From the NCBI GenBank assembly GCA_963924565.1, contig OZ004608.1, positions 28,582,001 through 28,646,000 of the forward strand: DNA of 64,000 nt. Reading direction: 5' to 3'. Both the position numbers and the translations under genes were made by a program. The notes below the pieces were generated by a model, which was not told where the DNA came from, ran no database searches, and saw nothing but the letters and a program-made list of their open reading frames with translations. Origin of the DNA: Ascidiella aspersa. Its lineage: Eukaryota. This document shows positions 51,603 through 64,000 of the stretch, in pieces (position 1 is the first letter of the stretch; each line of letters begins with the position of its first letter).

Positions 51603-52261
51603 CAGAGCGGTCCAAGGTTGACAGCATCGGGCCACAATATTTCTTGAATATTCTTTGCGGGCCACATAAAGTCGGCTACATGCGTACGAGGGCTGAAATG
51701 TTTAAAAATCGACGTCACAAATAATTGTCCAAGACATATAATTTTTTTTAGAAGACAGCATTTTATAAGCGTAGAATGTTCACGGAAAGCAAAAAAATTA
51801 AGAGAGATGTCGCATACTACACAATCGCCAAATACAAAGAAGTTTTCGGTTTGCGCAAAAAGGTATTAACCAGATCAATTTAGCTGAAATTTCACCTTGG
51901 AATGAATCAGCGCGTTAGGGTAAAGTCACAGTGAAAACCAATTTTTTTGAAAAGTTTCGTATAAGACGCACTGCGGCTCAAACCGGTCATTACTTATAAC
52001 ACATACCAAAATTAGGCGTCCGTGCTATACCCTGCTGCAAATTTATTGAGCGATAGGAATCTGGTTTATTTCATGGTATAACTGGAAAAATGTAATCAAG
52101 ACCAAACAATTGCAGTATTCTTACTGTTCGTTTGTCACTTAGATTTCTTTGAGTAAACAGTCAACGGTACGCATTGCAATAATTCACAGTGCTCATGGGC
52201 CACGAAAACTGATGTCGCTGGCCACATGTGGCCCGCGGGCCTATGGGTTTGGACCACCTTG
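51603..52261 (-). mobile_element. hAT-like MITE related to the 32002 element
   Basis: CAGAGCGGTCCAAGG...GGACCACCTTG; TSD TTCTAAAT/TTTTAAAT; internal homology in reverse orientation. Confidence 0.7.
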
Positions 52262-53031
52262 TTTTAAATTATCGTTATTTTTTGCGGAAAAAAGTTGTGC
52301 AAGATTATCGTAGGGCATATAATGCCCTGTATTATTGATCGGATACCTGTAATCCAATATGCCAGCATTAGTCATAGTCTTTATAACAAAGTTTTTTTAC
52401 GGCTATAATAAGCAATATGTTGCTCAAGGGTCCACAACCTGGGGCCGTACGAAATTTTTGTCTACTTTATTCGCAAATTATAGGTTTCTGAAACTGGTCT
52501 AACAGTACACAGGGTTTTTATGTTAGAGGCTTGGCAGGAATGTGCCTTCCAGTTGGCTTGATCAGTGTAAAGAAGTAATGTAAAAAGCTTTACGCCATAA
52601 TCTATGAAACGTCGCCAAATTTTAAGAGTTTATAAATAGGCAAGCCTTGGTTTGGATAAGAAGGCAGCTAATGGACGAATTTATTAGCTCCAGCTTTTAG
52701 TTTCCAAATGAAACTAATGCAGTTAACAATCCAATGAACAACGGGCACGAGAATAGATTAAAAAAACACATACCGAATTCCATTGGCAAAGACCCATATC
52801 ACGAGTCGGAAATAAGTTACCTGCCTTTGGAAAAATTATGTGCGAAAGCCCAAACGATTTAATAAAACCACTTTCTGTATTTGTTTTTATTTAATTTAAC
52901 AAAAAGTTTTATATTTTATTACAATTAGGTAAGAACATTTGTACGAATATTAACATAATTTATTTTGATAAAGAAATGAATAAAAAGGTACTAATTTAGA
53001 GGTGGTCTTAGAGAAGTGTAATACTTGACAT

Positions 53032-53703
53032 CAGGGGTATTAAACATGCGGCCCGTAAGACCTTACGCGTCATACTTTAAATTTTTGTGCACGTGAGACC
53101 CAAACCACATTTAAAAATCAAAAATACAGTCTCGACTGGGTGGTTTTGCTGATTTTCAATACTATTTTCTGGTTTATAACAGAGATAAAAATATGCACAA
53201 TTTTTTGGCGTCTTCGGCGCAAAATACCGTTGTTGCATTTGCCATTTTTCCAAATTATGGCTTTTTCTGGGCCAGAAAACATTAAATTTATGCGGACGCC
53301 CGTGCAACTTAATTATTTGGCATTTATGAATGCTGCTAAAACGTCAGTATTTCTACTATGTAAAACAGCGCACTGTTGCGCCATGAAACGTTGTTGGATG
53401 TGTAGCCCTTAATCATAAAAGTATATGATATATATTTTTTTATCATATACTTTTATGCTTTTTTGTTCAGTTTAACTCTCTGAGCATACACCATTTTAAA
53501 GATTATTTGACTAGGGGGCTCACGTAACAAATAATTGCAAAGATTTCAAGAAAATACCGCTATACCAAATAAGTATCGCGTTCTCTTTGCATCGCTCTCC
53601 ATGTCCGCCACCAAACTTTTAGACATCATGCGCAATGGCGGCCGTGAGAATAAATAAATACTGCCACTATGAATGTTGTTGACTATAATCTGGTGCACCC
53701 CTG
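53032..53703. mobile_element. Decayed hAT-like MITE
   Basis: CAGGGGTATTAAAC-ATGCGGCCC ... GGTGCACCCCTG termini. Confidence 0.5.
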
Positions 53704-54451
53704 TCCTAACTGGTCATGTTGATCCTTTCGCTTACGCTTGTGTTATTTTCTAATTTATTGATTGGTGAAACCCAATGCTGGCTGATAAAACAGCGTTAAC
53801 GTTCGAAGGTAAAAAATAAAATTTTATGTAAAATGTAAAAGTGAAATAGGCCTACCTAAGAATTTAACATTTTAGTGGTGTCCAGGTTAACACATACATA
53901 CATACCCCAATATACATATATTGAACGTCCTGGTCAATATTTGCGATTGCTGCTATGAAAAAGAACGGATGAGATTTCCGACTTGAAATGGCGATGCTGT
54001 ACTTCGAACATCTAAAAATTTGTTTAACAGATAAATACATTTAAAAATCTAGTCGGATGAACAAGTAAATGCTCAAATCGCTAACAATCAAACAATATAT
54101 TCTTATTCGCATGATATTTTTCGCAAGCTATACGCTTAGCAATGCATGGTTGAACGAAATCTTTACTTTTTGTATACACAATGAATGTCACTTGTTAATA
54201 ACAGGTTTATTAAATAATATGTTATTCGCAGTTAGGCATAACAAATATAGCATGTTAGCTGAAACTTACAGGAATTTTGATCTTTGTAATTAAACAACGA
54301 TATTATTAATTTATTGCTAAGTCAAATTGTAAATACAAACAGAAACCTGTAATCCTTAGCATAAATGATCCTATAACTACACCCGCTTCCGCCGTAAAAA
54401 TAAATCTATAAAAAATAAAACATCAATTTTATTAAAGAATTTTTGCAATTA

Positions 54452-55514
54452 CTAGGCGAAATACCCGGCGTTGCCCAGGTTAAATAGAATATTTACCGAT
54501 TATTTGTAAGATCTTCGTAAATGACATCAATAATGCAAATATATTTTTTTAAATGTCATAACAAATTTGCTTATGCCTAAACGTTTGAACTATGTGTCAC
54601 TAAATAGAAATTTCAAATCATGTGATGTGAAGTCGGTTAACTATAGCGCACAACACTTGGCTAAGCATGCAATACATCTTTTAAGTAACGAAAACCCGTG
54701 AAGTTTGTCAATTGAGATTAACTCCCAAACGTAAAACTTTAGGTTGCAGCAGCAATTGCTTAGACTTGGTTGATAGCGTCATGTTTAAGCAAATACGTAA
54801 TCCCGGTGCTAAACTGCGTCAAACGTGAGAAAAATTCTCATTGAAAAAACAAATGCTTACTGTTAACTACTGCAATAAACGCAATATTTCGCGAACTATG
54901 CTAAGTATTGCGTGGGTAAACACATTGTAAGGCTTTGGCCTCAATCACAATCGCTAACAAACGGCTTAAAAATAAAAATTCAAGTCTTCGTAAATTTGCG
55001 AACTCTACCTAAATTTTTCGCGTAAACAGGCATCAACAAGTTCCTAAACATAATAGACTTAGTTGGAAACATTAAAATTTTACTTTATAAAGGAAATGTA
55101 CTTAGTTTTATTTTTTTATTTCCTGGCAGGTAAATTAAACTTGGACTATCTTTAACTTACTTCCACAACAAACGCGATATTTTGCGAACTCTGCCTAAAT
55201 TTGGCATTTTTAAACTTAAGTCTTTACTTGGAACTTTGCACACGTTTGTTAGCATAGTTTATAATAGTGGTTCTCAACTGGGGGTCCACAAAAACTTCTA
55301 AATATACCTATATTAAATTAACTAACGCTGGGGCTTGGGATACATGCTTAAACACAATCTTGGTAACATTGTACCATGTTGTAAATCGCATTGAGTATGA
55401 CGTAACATTTCCATTGTGATGTAACACAAATATATTGTAAAATGACTTGGCGAACATGTTGCCACACACACACACACACACATATCTCACAAACTTTCTC
55501 TTTTATTATGTAGA
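54452..55514 (-). mobile_element. Non-autonomous Helitron
   Basis: Minus strand begins TCTACATAATAAAAGAGAAAGTTTGTG followed by (TG)n, and ends with a GC hairpin CCTGGGCAACGCCGGG then CTAG. Inserted between A and T; absent from the paralogous intron of copy A (~29365). Confidence 0.75.
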
Positions 55515-58500
55515 TTAAGTAAAACGTGGCTTGTAATGCCTCCAAAATCATGTTCGGTAATTGTTTTATTTTTTTGCCTACGTTACGCAGATTAATTTCA
55601 GTAATCAATACCAGGGAACCGTAAATATATTTTTCGACGTTACACGTATAGCTTACATTGGCAATGTTGTAGTTATTTTTAAAAAGGTTATAAAATGTTC
55701 TCTAAAAAATCAGTTTATCTGGCTTATAATTAAAATATAATATGTTCGTCTCCCTCCCAATACTGTTCCGTGGCACCTAGGGTCGTCGAGGTCCACGCCT
55801 TGCCCTTTAGGGCATAATTTTTTATGAGATGTCTCGTTATGCAGTAAACGTTTTGGGGTTTTATATAGACCGTCGAATTGTTAGATTTCGATTGCGCTAA
55901 TCTGTAGTTTTTTTTGAAGAACACTCAGCCGTAGACAAACCTAAATAAATATGAAGCGACTGTCTGTAAAAACATACCAAGCGCTGCCTAGTCTTTACCC
56001 GGAAGTTGTGCAGGCGAATATAGCATTAAGCACCTCCGTCCTTAACAATTCGCAGCCGTGTACAACAGTAGCTAGTAAGACATCATAACTTGTATAGGTG
56101 TGGTCAAATAATTTCCTAGTACAAAGTTTTGGTGTGTAGCACAATATAAATGGGATATTAGTTACTCAATGATCAATTTGCCTGTAATATGATCTTAACA
56201 TTACATCATAATAGTCCTGGTAAAACAAACAAAAATTCCATATAACTACCAACCTCCATTCCATAATTGGCAAACATGGTATCTGCAATTCTGTAGGTTC
56301 CAGATCCATATTGATAATAGTAGAAATCAGGGATCTCGGCTGAAACTTCGGATGCTCGTAAAACCAATTTGTCAAGAATTTTGTTGACGTTAAAATATGC
56401 TTCTGCATTAAAAAAAAATATATTGTTTTGCGACTAATTTATCAAAGTAAACATTAGTATGAAGTGAATTAGGGGGTAAAACAGCTAAATTGTTAATTCC
56501 GTTAGATGTCTTAACGAAACACATTAAACTTTGCCTAAAGCCCCAAACGAAATGCTTTCTTGCAAGCAGGTTTTTAGGGTAACTTACCTGGCTTGGGTTT
56601 AAGTGGGTAATGGTGGGTGTATAAATTGTATAAATTGCCTCCATAGAATGACAAGAACTTGTTGGTTGTTTCATACTTTATAAAGTCTTCTGTTTTGTTG
56701 ATACTAGAATGCTGCTGAACGCGACTAATCATCACATTGTCAGCCTAACAAAAACGTACGTTATTAATATACATAATAATGATAGCGGTGATCTCATTTA
56801 AATTTCGCCTTACATTTAGTTGAAAGTAGGCGGGACTTTTATAATCGAAACTTGTGGAATATCCGGCAGATCCGAAAACATTTTTGTTTTCCCAGTTCCT
56901 GGTATCTACAAAAATAATCGGGTAGTTCATCGGACAATCGTATATTGATAATACTTTACATAGTGTAGGACAATGATTGAATGCCATTTTAACTACCTTT
57001 AAGAACATCTAAAGTTTCTCCAGGACTGAACCACATATCTCCACTTGAGCATGTACTTTTTATGTTGTTCTCGTTGATAGATGCAACCAACGTCCAACCA
57101 CCACCACTGGACACCATATCACAATAAACCTTTTAAAACAAACACCTGCTAAAACTAATCGCCTTTTTGTTTGTGGCGTTTTTTTGAATTTCAAGATAAA
57201 TAGCAATTTGGAGTTTTATGTTTATTAAAATAAAACAAACTTTTATCACTGACATCTACATGTAAAATCGAGTTTTAGATATTTTTACTGAGGTATTAGT
57301 ACAGGGTGGTCCGAACCCAGGCCCGCGGGCATGGAACTTTCTAAAATGCGAACTTATAAGTTATATTTGCGTTTTAAAATAAATGTACAATAAAGTATCT
57401 CGCTCTGCTAGAAAGTATTGTTGTACAGGTTTTTACTGTGACTTTATGCTATATGCCCCGACCCTTTCCAAGATGCAGTTTTAGCCAAATTGATCTGGTT
57501 ACTAGAACCTTTTTGCGCGAACAACAACGTCTTTGTAATTTAGCGATTGTGTAGAATGCAGCACCTCTCTTAAAATTTTAGTAAGATACGCACGCGGTTT
57601 TAAACAATATTCGACGCTTATAAAATACAGTCTTCTAAACGTTTTTTTTTGTTAAATGCGCAAATTTTTCCCGCTGTCTTTTACGATGCTTGGTGACGTC
57701 ACTTTTAACCATTTTATGCCCCGATCAAACAAAAAATGTTGATCCGCTCCATGTAGACATGTAGCCTACTTTATGTGGCCCACAAAGAATATACAAGAAA
57801 AATTATGGCCCGCGATGCAATCAACCTTGGACCACCCTGTATAAGTCAACCTTGGACCACCCTGTATAAGAACCTCAAACACACATGTGATAATTGTGCT
57901 CCTGGTCTTCTGAAATGGTACCGATCGGCAATAAAATTAATAAACGTTAAACCAATCTTGAGTTCTCATCTAATTATGGCTCTGCGGTTAAATTTGTAGA
58001 AATAATAAGGTAGAGTATATTAAATGCAATCGTTGGGCATCTTAGGATTATTTAATTTTAATGAATAATTTTGTTTGGATTTGGCAATTTAAGTTTACGT
58101 ACAATAAATGGAAGGATTGAACCCTTCGGTTGTATAGCATACAATCCACTCGATGTTTATCGTTATCTTTAAGAGCTCCTTAAAGCCATAATATAGATTA
58201 ATGAAATATAGGAGCTGTTAAGGGGCGGATCCAAGGGTACTCCACGCCATTAAAAAATAATGATGTTCTTAAGGTTACTTGAATATGACGTCACGTTTTG
58301 ACGAAAATTTGTGACGTCATTTCTTAACATTTATTGTGGGTTATGGAGAAACATAAATCGCGGAGCCGCCCCATGGAGCTCTTTCATGTAGAAAAATATG
58401 TTTCAATGGTCTTCATTTTACAGAATTATAAACATAAAACTGAAAAAATTAAAAATCAACATGCTTAGAATTTTTAGCGAATTGAAAATAATTCCTGACC

Positions 58501-58996
58501 AGAGTATTAGTTTAAATAATAAACTAATAAAGTATGAGCATAGTTGCTTAAAAGGCCTAAAAATATTTGATTTGTTTAGTTGTTTACTTTTTCACTTGTG
58601 CCATAAACAAGCTAAAATGTGCAAATACTGTATACATTTTCGACGCATTCATAAGACTGTATGTCGATCAAAACATAAATAAAAACTACTATACTCACTG
58701 TTTTGCGAAACTGAGTTCTACAAATAATGTAATCATGTTAATTTATAAGCTTCTGAAAAATGTTTTTATTGTGCATTAATTTAAGTACACTATTTTTTAT
58801 TACTTCATGAAGGCTGTAGCTTTGCTTTTCTACACCAAATTGCAATGCCATGTAAACGGATTCTTGCACTAAGAAATATCATAATATTCGTAGTTTTTAA
58901 ATATGTTTACTTGTTTTCCATGGATTAATATTGTATTTATAAAATGTGCTACGAAAATTGAATCTTTGGAGCATAATGGTTGGAGGTTGTAGTAAG

Positions 58997-59148
58997 ACGT
59001 AATAAGAATATCAACGCCCATACTGAAGTAGGTATCATTTTGGACGTTTCGAATAACTCTTTATTCATTTTCAACATAGAATAAAGAGTTATTCGAAACG
59101 TCCAAAATGATACCTACTTCTGTATGGGCTTTGATATTCGTATTACGT
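58997..59148. repeat. Second copy of the 152-bp hammerhead-like palindrome
   Basis: Same as 33815-33966 with ~2 extra substitutions in the left arm. Confidence 0.8.
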
Positions 59149-61843
59149 AATATTGAATCTCATGTTTGAAATTACCTTGTGATCCACGTAAAACGCTACT
59201 GAAATTCCGATTATGATCAACAGAAGGGCTGCTACAACTCCAAACATCATAGTGACCGACACTGTCTTCGGTTTTTGTGTTTCCTCGACTGAACAGAGCA
59301 CAAAAATCATATCGCATTTTGTTGTTGAAGGCAATAAAAAGTAAAATTTTAGAAATTAGGTTCAAGTTCACCCTGGTAGAAACTACTATTGTAGTAGCAT
59401 TGTAAAGTTTAATGGTCCTCACCTGGTATACGCAAGCACGTTATTTGGTTAGTTTATCCGCTGGGAAAAAACATGATTTACTTTTGCTTGGATTCGTTTT
59501 ATAAATTACCAAAAGCGTGTTTTTAAGACTTTAAAAAACAACGTCAAGCATAATCCACAGAGCAAAGTTAACGAGCTTAACATACTTTGTATTTGCTATA
59601 CATAAAAATCGTTGTACATTTATTCGTTGGCACGTTTACGCATGTTAATAAATATCCTTTAGAAAAATGTTTTTGCGTTCCCTTTACTTTTAGTTTGGAG
59701 TGTGGCTTGCGGTATGGTATTTGAAAGACTGCAAATTTTAACCGGGTTTTTAAGTCTATCGTAGCGACTTCGTAAGCTATTTTGATGGGGGCAATTACCC
59801 TCCATTTTGGGCAATATCTATGTCGCAGTTAATATTTTATCGTTCGTCTTTGTTCAGTTGTTTGTATGTGTGTTGTTTTTACCACATTGCTTTCAATCTT
59901 GCTTTTTCACGTTGCTTTCGTCGCCTCTTCTTACTTTTGCACCTGACCTTTCACGTTCTATTTCTTATCTTATCAAGTTTTTTGTTGACACCTTATTCTT
60001 AGTCACATTCGGCACTCGCATCAATTTTAAACCTCGTTGTGGTTGTGGATGGAACACATGTCTGTCTTAGACTAGTGGTCGGCAAACTGTGGGCCGCGAG
60101 CTACTTTTTAGTATTTTAGTTTTTTCATGTATTCGTCGGCCGCGTTCTAGTCGTACGTGTACAAACGTACATCATTGTATTTTAAATGTTGGAACTTTTT
60201 ATACTGTCTCAGCGTGGTTCAGGCCCGCGTGCCAAATGTGACCCTGAGAGTGCTTGTCAAACTATACTTTTTGCGAACTATGTAAACGGAAATTTTTTTG
60301 CGTTCATTCTTCGTTTATGGTGTGTTTTATATTATGGCAAGACGGTGTTTTCGGCATAAAGGCGCCTTGTAATATTTCACTATTTTTTGGTGTTAAAAGC
60401 CTCACGCTGTGTGGAATTACACTCCATACAAAAATGCAATTTCTACCAAAACATATCTATTTACAGTAATTTTCTATTTAACTTTTCTATTCAAGTTGCA
60501 TAATACCACACCGGCTTGTTCGTGAACAACACGTTTCCTAAATTTCTTGAACTGTGACGTTACTAGTGACGTCAAATGTCAGAATTTTTATGAGCTTTTC
60601 ATAGTTTTACTTAACTCTATTGAGCCCAAAATCGATATTCCGTGGTTTTCTGCGTTGTGCGAAAACTTTACAGTCAAATTTCTGTTAAATTATACGATAA
60701 ATCCGTTATTCTGAGCAATATTTGAATCCATTTACGTGCCATATGCCCCACGTATTCTTTGAAGTTTTGGCAATTTAAACCAAACAAACCCTGTATTTTT
60801 TTAGATCGCAATTAAACTGCATTTTAGGCGCAATTAAACTGCATTTTAGCTTCATATTTGCGCCCGGGTTCATTTCAAAACAGGCGCAACTTTGTGACGT
60901 CATTCCAATGCCTCCAACTTCTTGGAGCTGTCACAGTTTCCGTAGTAGTTTTACGTAGTGTGCAATAGCTCTGAGAAAAATAATTTAGGCAGCGACAAAA
61001 AAAGTTTACCGACCACTGGTCTAGATTCTAGACTCTTAACTGGTAAAACTTTGGAGCCAATCATTGTTTAAGTCTCGACAATATCCAGATCTAGTCGTTG
61101 TCCGATTCTATCGTTTTAAGCCTTTTTAATAATTGTTTTCCTTTGTTTTCGCTATTTTTGCATTACATTTGATAAGGCTAGTAAATAAAATATCTTCTGC
61201 AGACCGGCGGGTGACTTTCTGCAATGTTTCTTTTACGCAATCTCAAATTGTTTTAAGGGCCAAATGAAACAATCTATAGATAAACCGTCGGTCGCGTTAC
61301 ATACGATCAAGGTGTTCCAAGGTTGCCTAACTTAGTAATAATATTTGTTGCGTGTCCTTCGATGGCCAAACATAGTGGTTAGGATTTGTTTTATTTTTGA
61401 CATCGTGATGTCATTTAACAATAATCCTACAATAACTGAAATTGTGAGAAATTGTGCGAAACAAATGCAGCCTAATCGCGCACAGCAAAAAAAATAGTTT
61501 CACTGAAACAACTTTTACTTAAGAAAGAGTTCTTTATTAAAATATTAAGGTCGTTTTGAATTAAAACTTATCCTACAAGCAACGTGGTTGATCGGTTTAT
61601 ATCCGAGCGGATTTAACGAACAAAACAATTTTGCATCACGAATAGTATTTTCAATTTGCGAATATTTTATTTGGTAGTTTATTCTAAACGCATATATTGG
61701 TACATTTAAGGCGAATGAACAGTGTGCCTGAAACGATTTTTTTTTAAATATTCTTTAAATGCAGCAAAATGTACCAATTTGCCTATAGTCTTTACTTTTA
61801 TATATATTTTAGACTGAAGTTTTGTGTAAATATGTATAATTAC

Positions 61844-62078
61844 CTTGATTTGGTGGTAAATCGACTTGGCAACTTATCGGTCCAGTTGTCATTCGACGAA
61901 GATTTACTTGCTCGTAACGAGGTTCATGGTTAACATACGCTTCTTCCATAATAATGATCGAACCTAATAAGACAGCTATAAGCACAAGAATGAGCTTTCG
62001 AAAGGGAATCAATTGCTGCCGTGTTTGCTCAACATATTAGTTTTGTAGTAGGTGTAGTAGGTGTTTCCTTGTGGGCAT
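61844..62078 (-). pseudogene. Orphan TM-coding first exon upstream of copy B
   Basis: ..LIPFRKLILVLIAVLLGSIIIMEEAYVNHEPRY..PPNQ|GTAATT; in-frame TAA after MPTRKHLLHLLQN. Confidence 0.45.
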
Positions 62079-63059
62079 CTCTATACACCTTTATAGTTCT
62101 ACGTACAGCGAGCTTCAATAATAATTAAATAGCTTCTTCCTATAAGATGCCAAAACAGCGACACTAATACATTGGTCAAAGTGTCTCCAAGCTAAAACTG
62201 ATTGTTTTTGTAGAATCCTCGAAATATATCTTTGTAAATCCAAAAAGGTTTAGTTTCTGCTTTCACAAATAAAATATACCAATGGCTTTTAACGCAATTT
62301 TGTTTATCATTTTTTAACAACCTTGGTATTTATGTATGGTTCGAATGATAAAACTGATAATAGTTCTCCAACCGGGAACCATTGCAGGTTGTACACCTAT
62401 GTGCGTAATCCCTACTTCTCCAACATTTGCGTTTGGTTTCAATTTCGTAACTTGGCAGACGCCCTCAACACATGGTGTCGTTTAATAAGGTTGCTGTAAT
62501 GTGGAGTCTCACACTGGTGAATAAGCTACATTCGTAGAACTAGGTTAGATGCCGCTTAAAATCAACCGTTGAAATAGGCGTTTATGTTTATTGGCGCGCT
62601 TCATGTAACTAAACCTACTGAAGCGCAATACATCACGCAGAATTATTTTGTGTTTGTTTTTTCTATGCTTAATTATGGAGAAAATACCGATATTGAAAGA
62701 GCATGTTGTGACGTATACCAGAATACTTCACTACGTCAGTAAACAGTCGGGTCAATTTTTAGTAACTTGATTACCGCCGCAATTTTAGGCTGCATAAACT
62801 TTCCGCCCACGCAATACACAAAGTTTCCAATCTGGCTCTAGTCTAGTGAGTGCAGACTAATATCGCAAAACGAGATCGAAGAACGTCAGCACCCTGATGT
62901 TTCTTAAATTTAGTGTTTTTAGATGTCTGTTAAAAACGCAATTATGTGCTTAAGATCGTAACTGTGTACTTTCCTAGGATCGGTAAAATAAATTTCCATG
63001 CGTTGCTGAACCCAATCTTAACATTGCCCTGAATCCAACCACCCCCATTAAACCAACCA

Positions 63060-64000
63060 TTTAAGATATTTTTTTTTAGAAGATAAGATCTGACAATCAT
63101 CATATAAACAGACGTGAAAAGCGATAACTTTTAACTACGAAAGGTCAAATAAAATACCATATGTACATAAACATAGCACTGGATCGTATATTCAAGTTAC
63201 ACTGAAAAGCTGTAGAAACTTGGAGTAAGGTGTAGACTGTAGAGCAGTGATTCTCAACCTTTTTTAGAGCAAGAGCCGCATTTCAAACGTAAGGTTTGCA
63301 AGGAGCCGCATAAAAAACAACAGTAGGCATATAATTAAAAAATATTAAGAAAGCAACAAGAAAACAACCAATATAGATTACGCTAGCCTAGGCTAACTAA
63401 TTAACAGTGTTTGCCCTAGCTTGTCGATCAGGACTAAATATATTGTGACGTAACAAACCACAAAATTATTTTAAAGAGCCGAATGGAAGTACCCGGTAAC
63501 ATTAGTACTTCGTACTCGGGATCCTTGCTGATACAATTCAATAATTCTTCATTTCTCTTACTTACTTTGTTGCAATTCTGCTACTTCTAACTAATTTTTC
63601 ACTCGGTAAGAGAGCCGCAAAATGTTCAGTTGAGAGCCGCATGCGGCTCTGAGGGCCGCGGTTGAGAATCACTGCTGTAGAGTAATGTTTATGCGAGAAT
63701 CATAAATATCTAACTTTCGAAAATAGCAAATTGTTTTCGTATTTAAATTAAAGTATGTTGATTCCCATGATTTGGAATGAAGCTTAAAATTGATTTTTTA
63801 ACCATGAAGTTGTCCAAAGTAATGTTGCATCACAGTTAAACAGCATGCGGTATAAGAAAATAATTAAAAAATTAACAAACGCGAGTCATAACACACTTTT
63901 AATCAAGAAGTAAATGTTGAAACAAAGAAACCAAATTAGTTATACAAGCCTCTTTTATTTACATTACAATATTCTGTTTTGTGGTTTATTTTTATATTAG
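63060..64000. repeat. Start of a third tandem unit (3' flank of the next intelectin-like paralogue)
   Basis: Homologous to 37807-37852 joined to 48762-49258, and to ~26270-26700. Confidence 0.8.
63245..63674. mobile_element. hAT (Charlie-like) MITE
   Basis: Perfect TIR CAGTGATTCTCAACC; perfect TSD CTGTAGAG; GAGCCGC subterminal repeats; empty site at ~48885. Confidence 0.9.

Larger units (their letters stand above)
49382..59805 (-). pseudogene. Intelectin-like gene, copy B (disrupted)
   Basis: Same exon set as copy A (e.g. YCDMVSSGGGWTLVAS ~57.0-57.1 kb; IMIFYR* ending 49382). Shared in-frame TAA in exon 2, ~118-bp deletion at ~58156 removing the SCLDLK motif, and frameshifts at ~56410 (T-run) and ~50385. 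Confidence 0.85.
56695..62774 (+). repeat. Near-identical direct repeat of ~31395-37578
   Basis: Introns and MITEs are shared almost base for base, whereas the flanking paralogous segments (26.2-31.3 kb vs 48.8-56.6 kb) are much more diverged. Confidence 0.9.

Overview
AT-rich eukaryotic DNA with spliceosomal introns. It is probably from an invertebrate chordate such as an ascidian, inferred from gene content and repeat style only. (1) 1-18 kb: no recognisable protein gene. GC/CpG-rich islands carrying nuclear-receptor (DR5, DR3), Pax and CRE-like motifs are separated by hAT-type MITEs. (2) 19.5-23.5 kb: an intact 6-exon minus-strand gene for a ~227-aa secreted protein with two WSC-like Cys domains. 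(3) 26.2-64 kb: a tandem array of minus-strand intelectin-like genes (two full copies plus the 3' flank of a third). They have an unusual architecture, with an N-terminal cytoplasmic tail and TM anchor and a ~250-300 aa insertion inside the intelectin domain. Both copies carry disabling lesions and share a ~6 kb near-identical tract. (4) Between the copies is a 10.9-kb foldback transposon with ~4.3-kb inverted arms, CACCCGAT termini, a 7-bp TSD and a central 192-bp tandem array. Top finding: each arm carries a cassette of three tandem 46-nt minimal type-I hammerhead ribozymes with a palindromic zero-loop stem III (Penelope/retrozyme-like) inside a 39-bp inverted repeat. Two further hammerhead-like repeat families occur elsewhere in the window. 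All coordinates were read by eye and may be off by a few bases. Most entries in the supplied ORF track are spurious or exon fragments.
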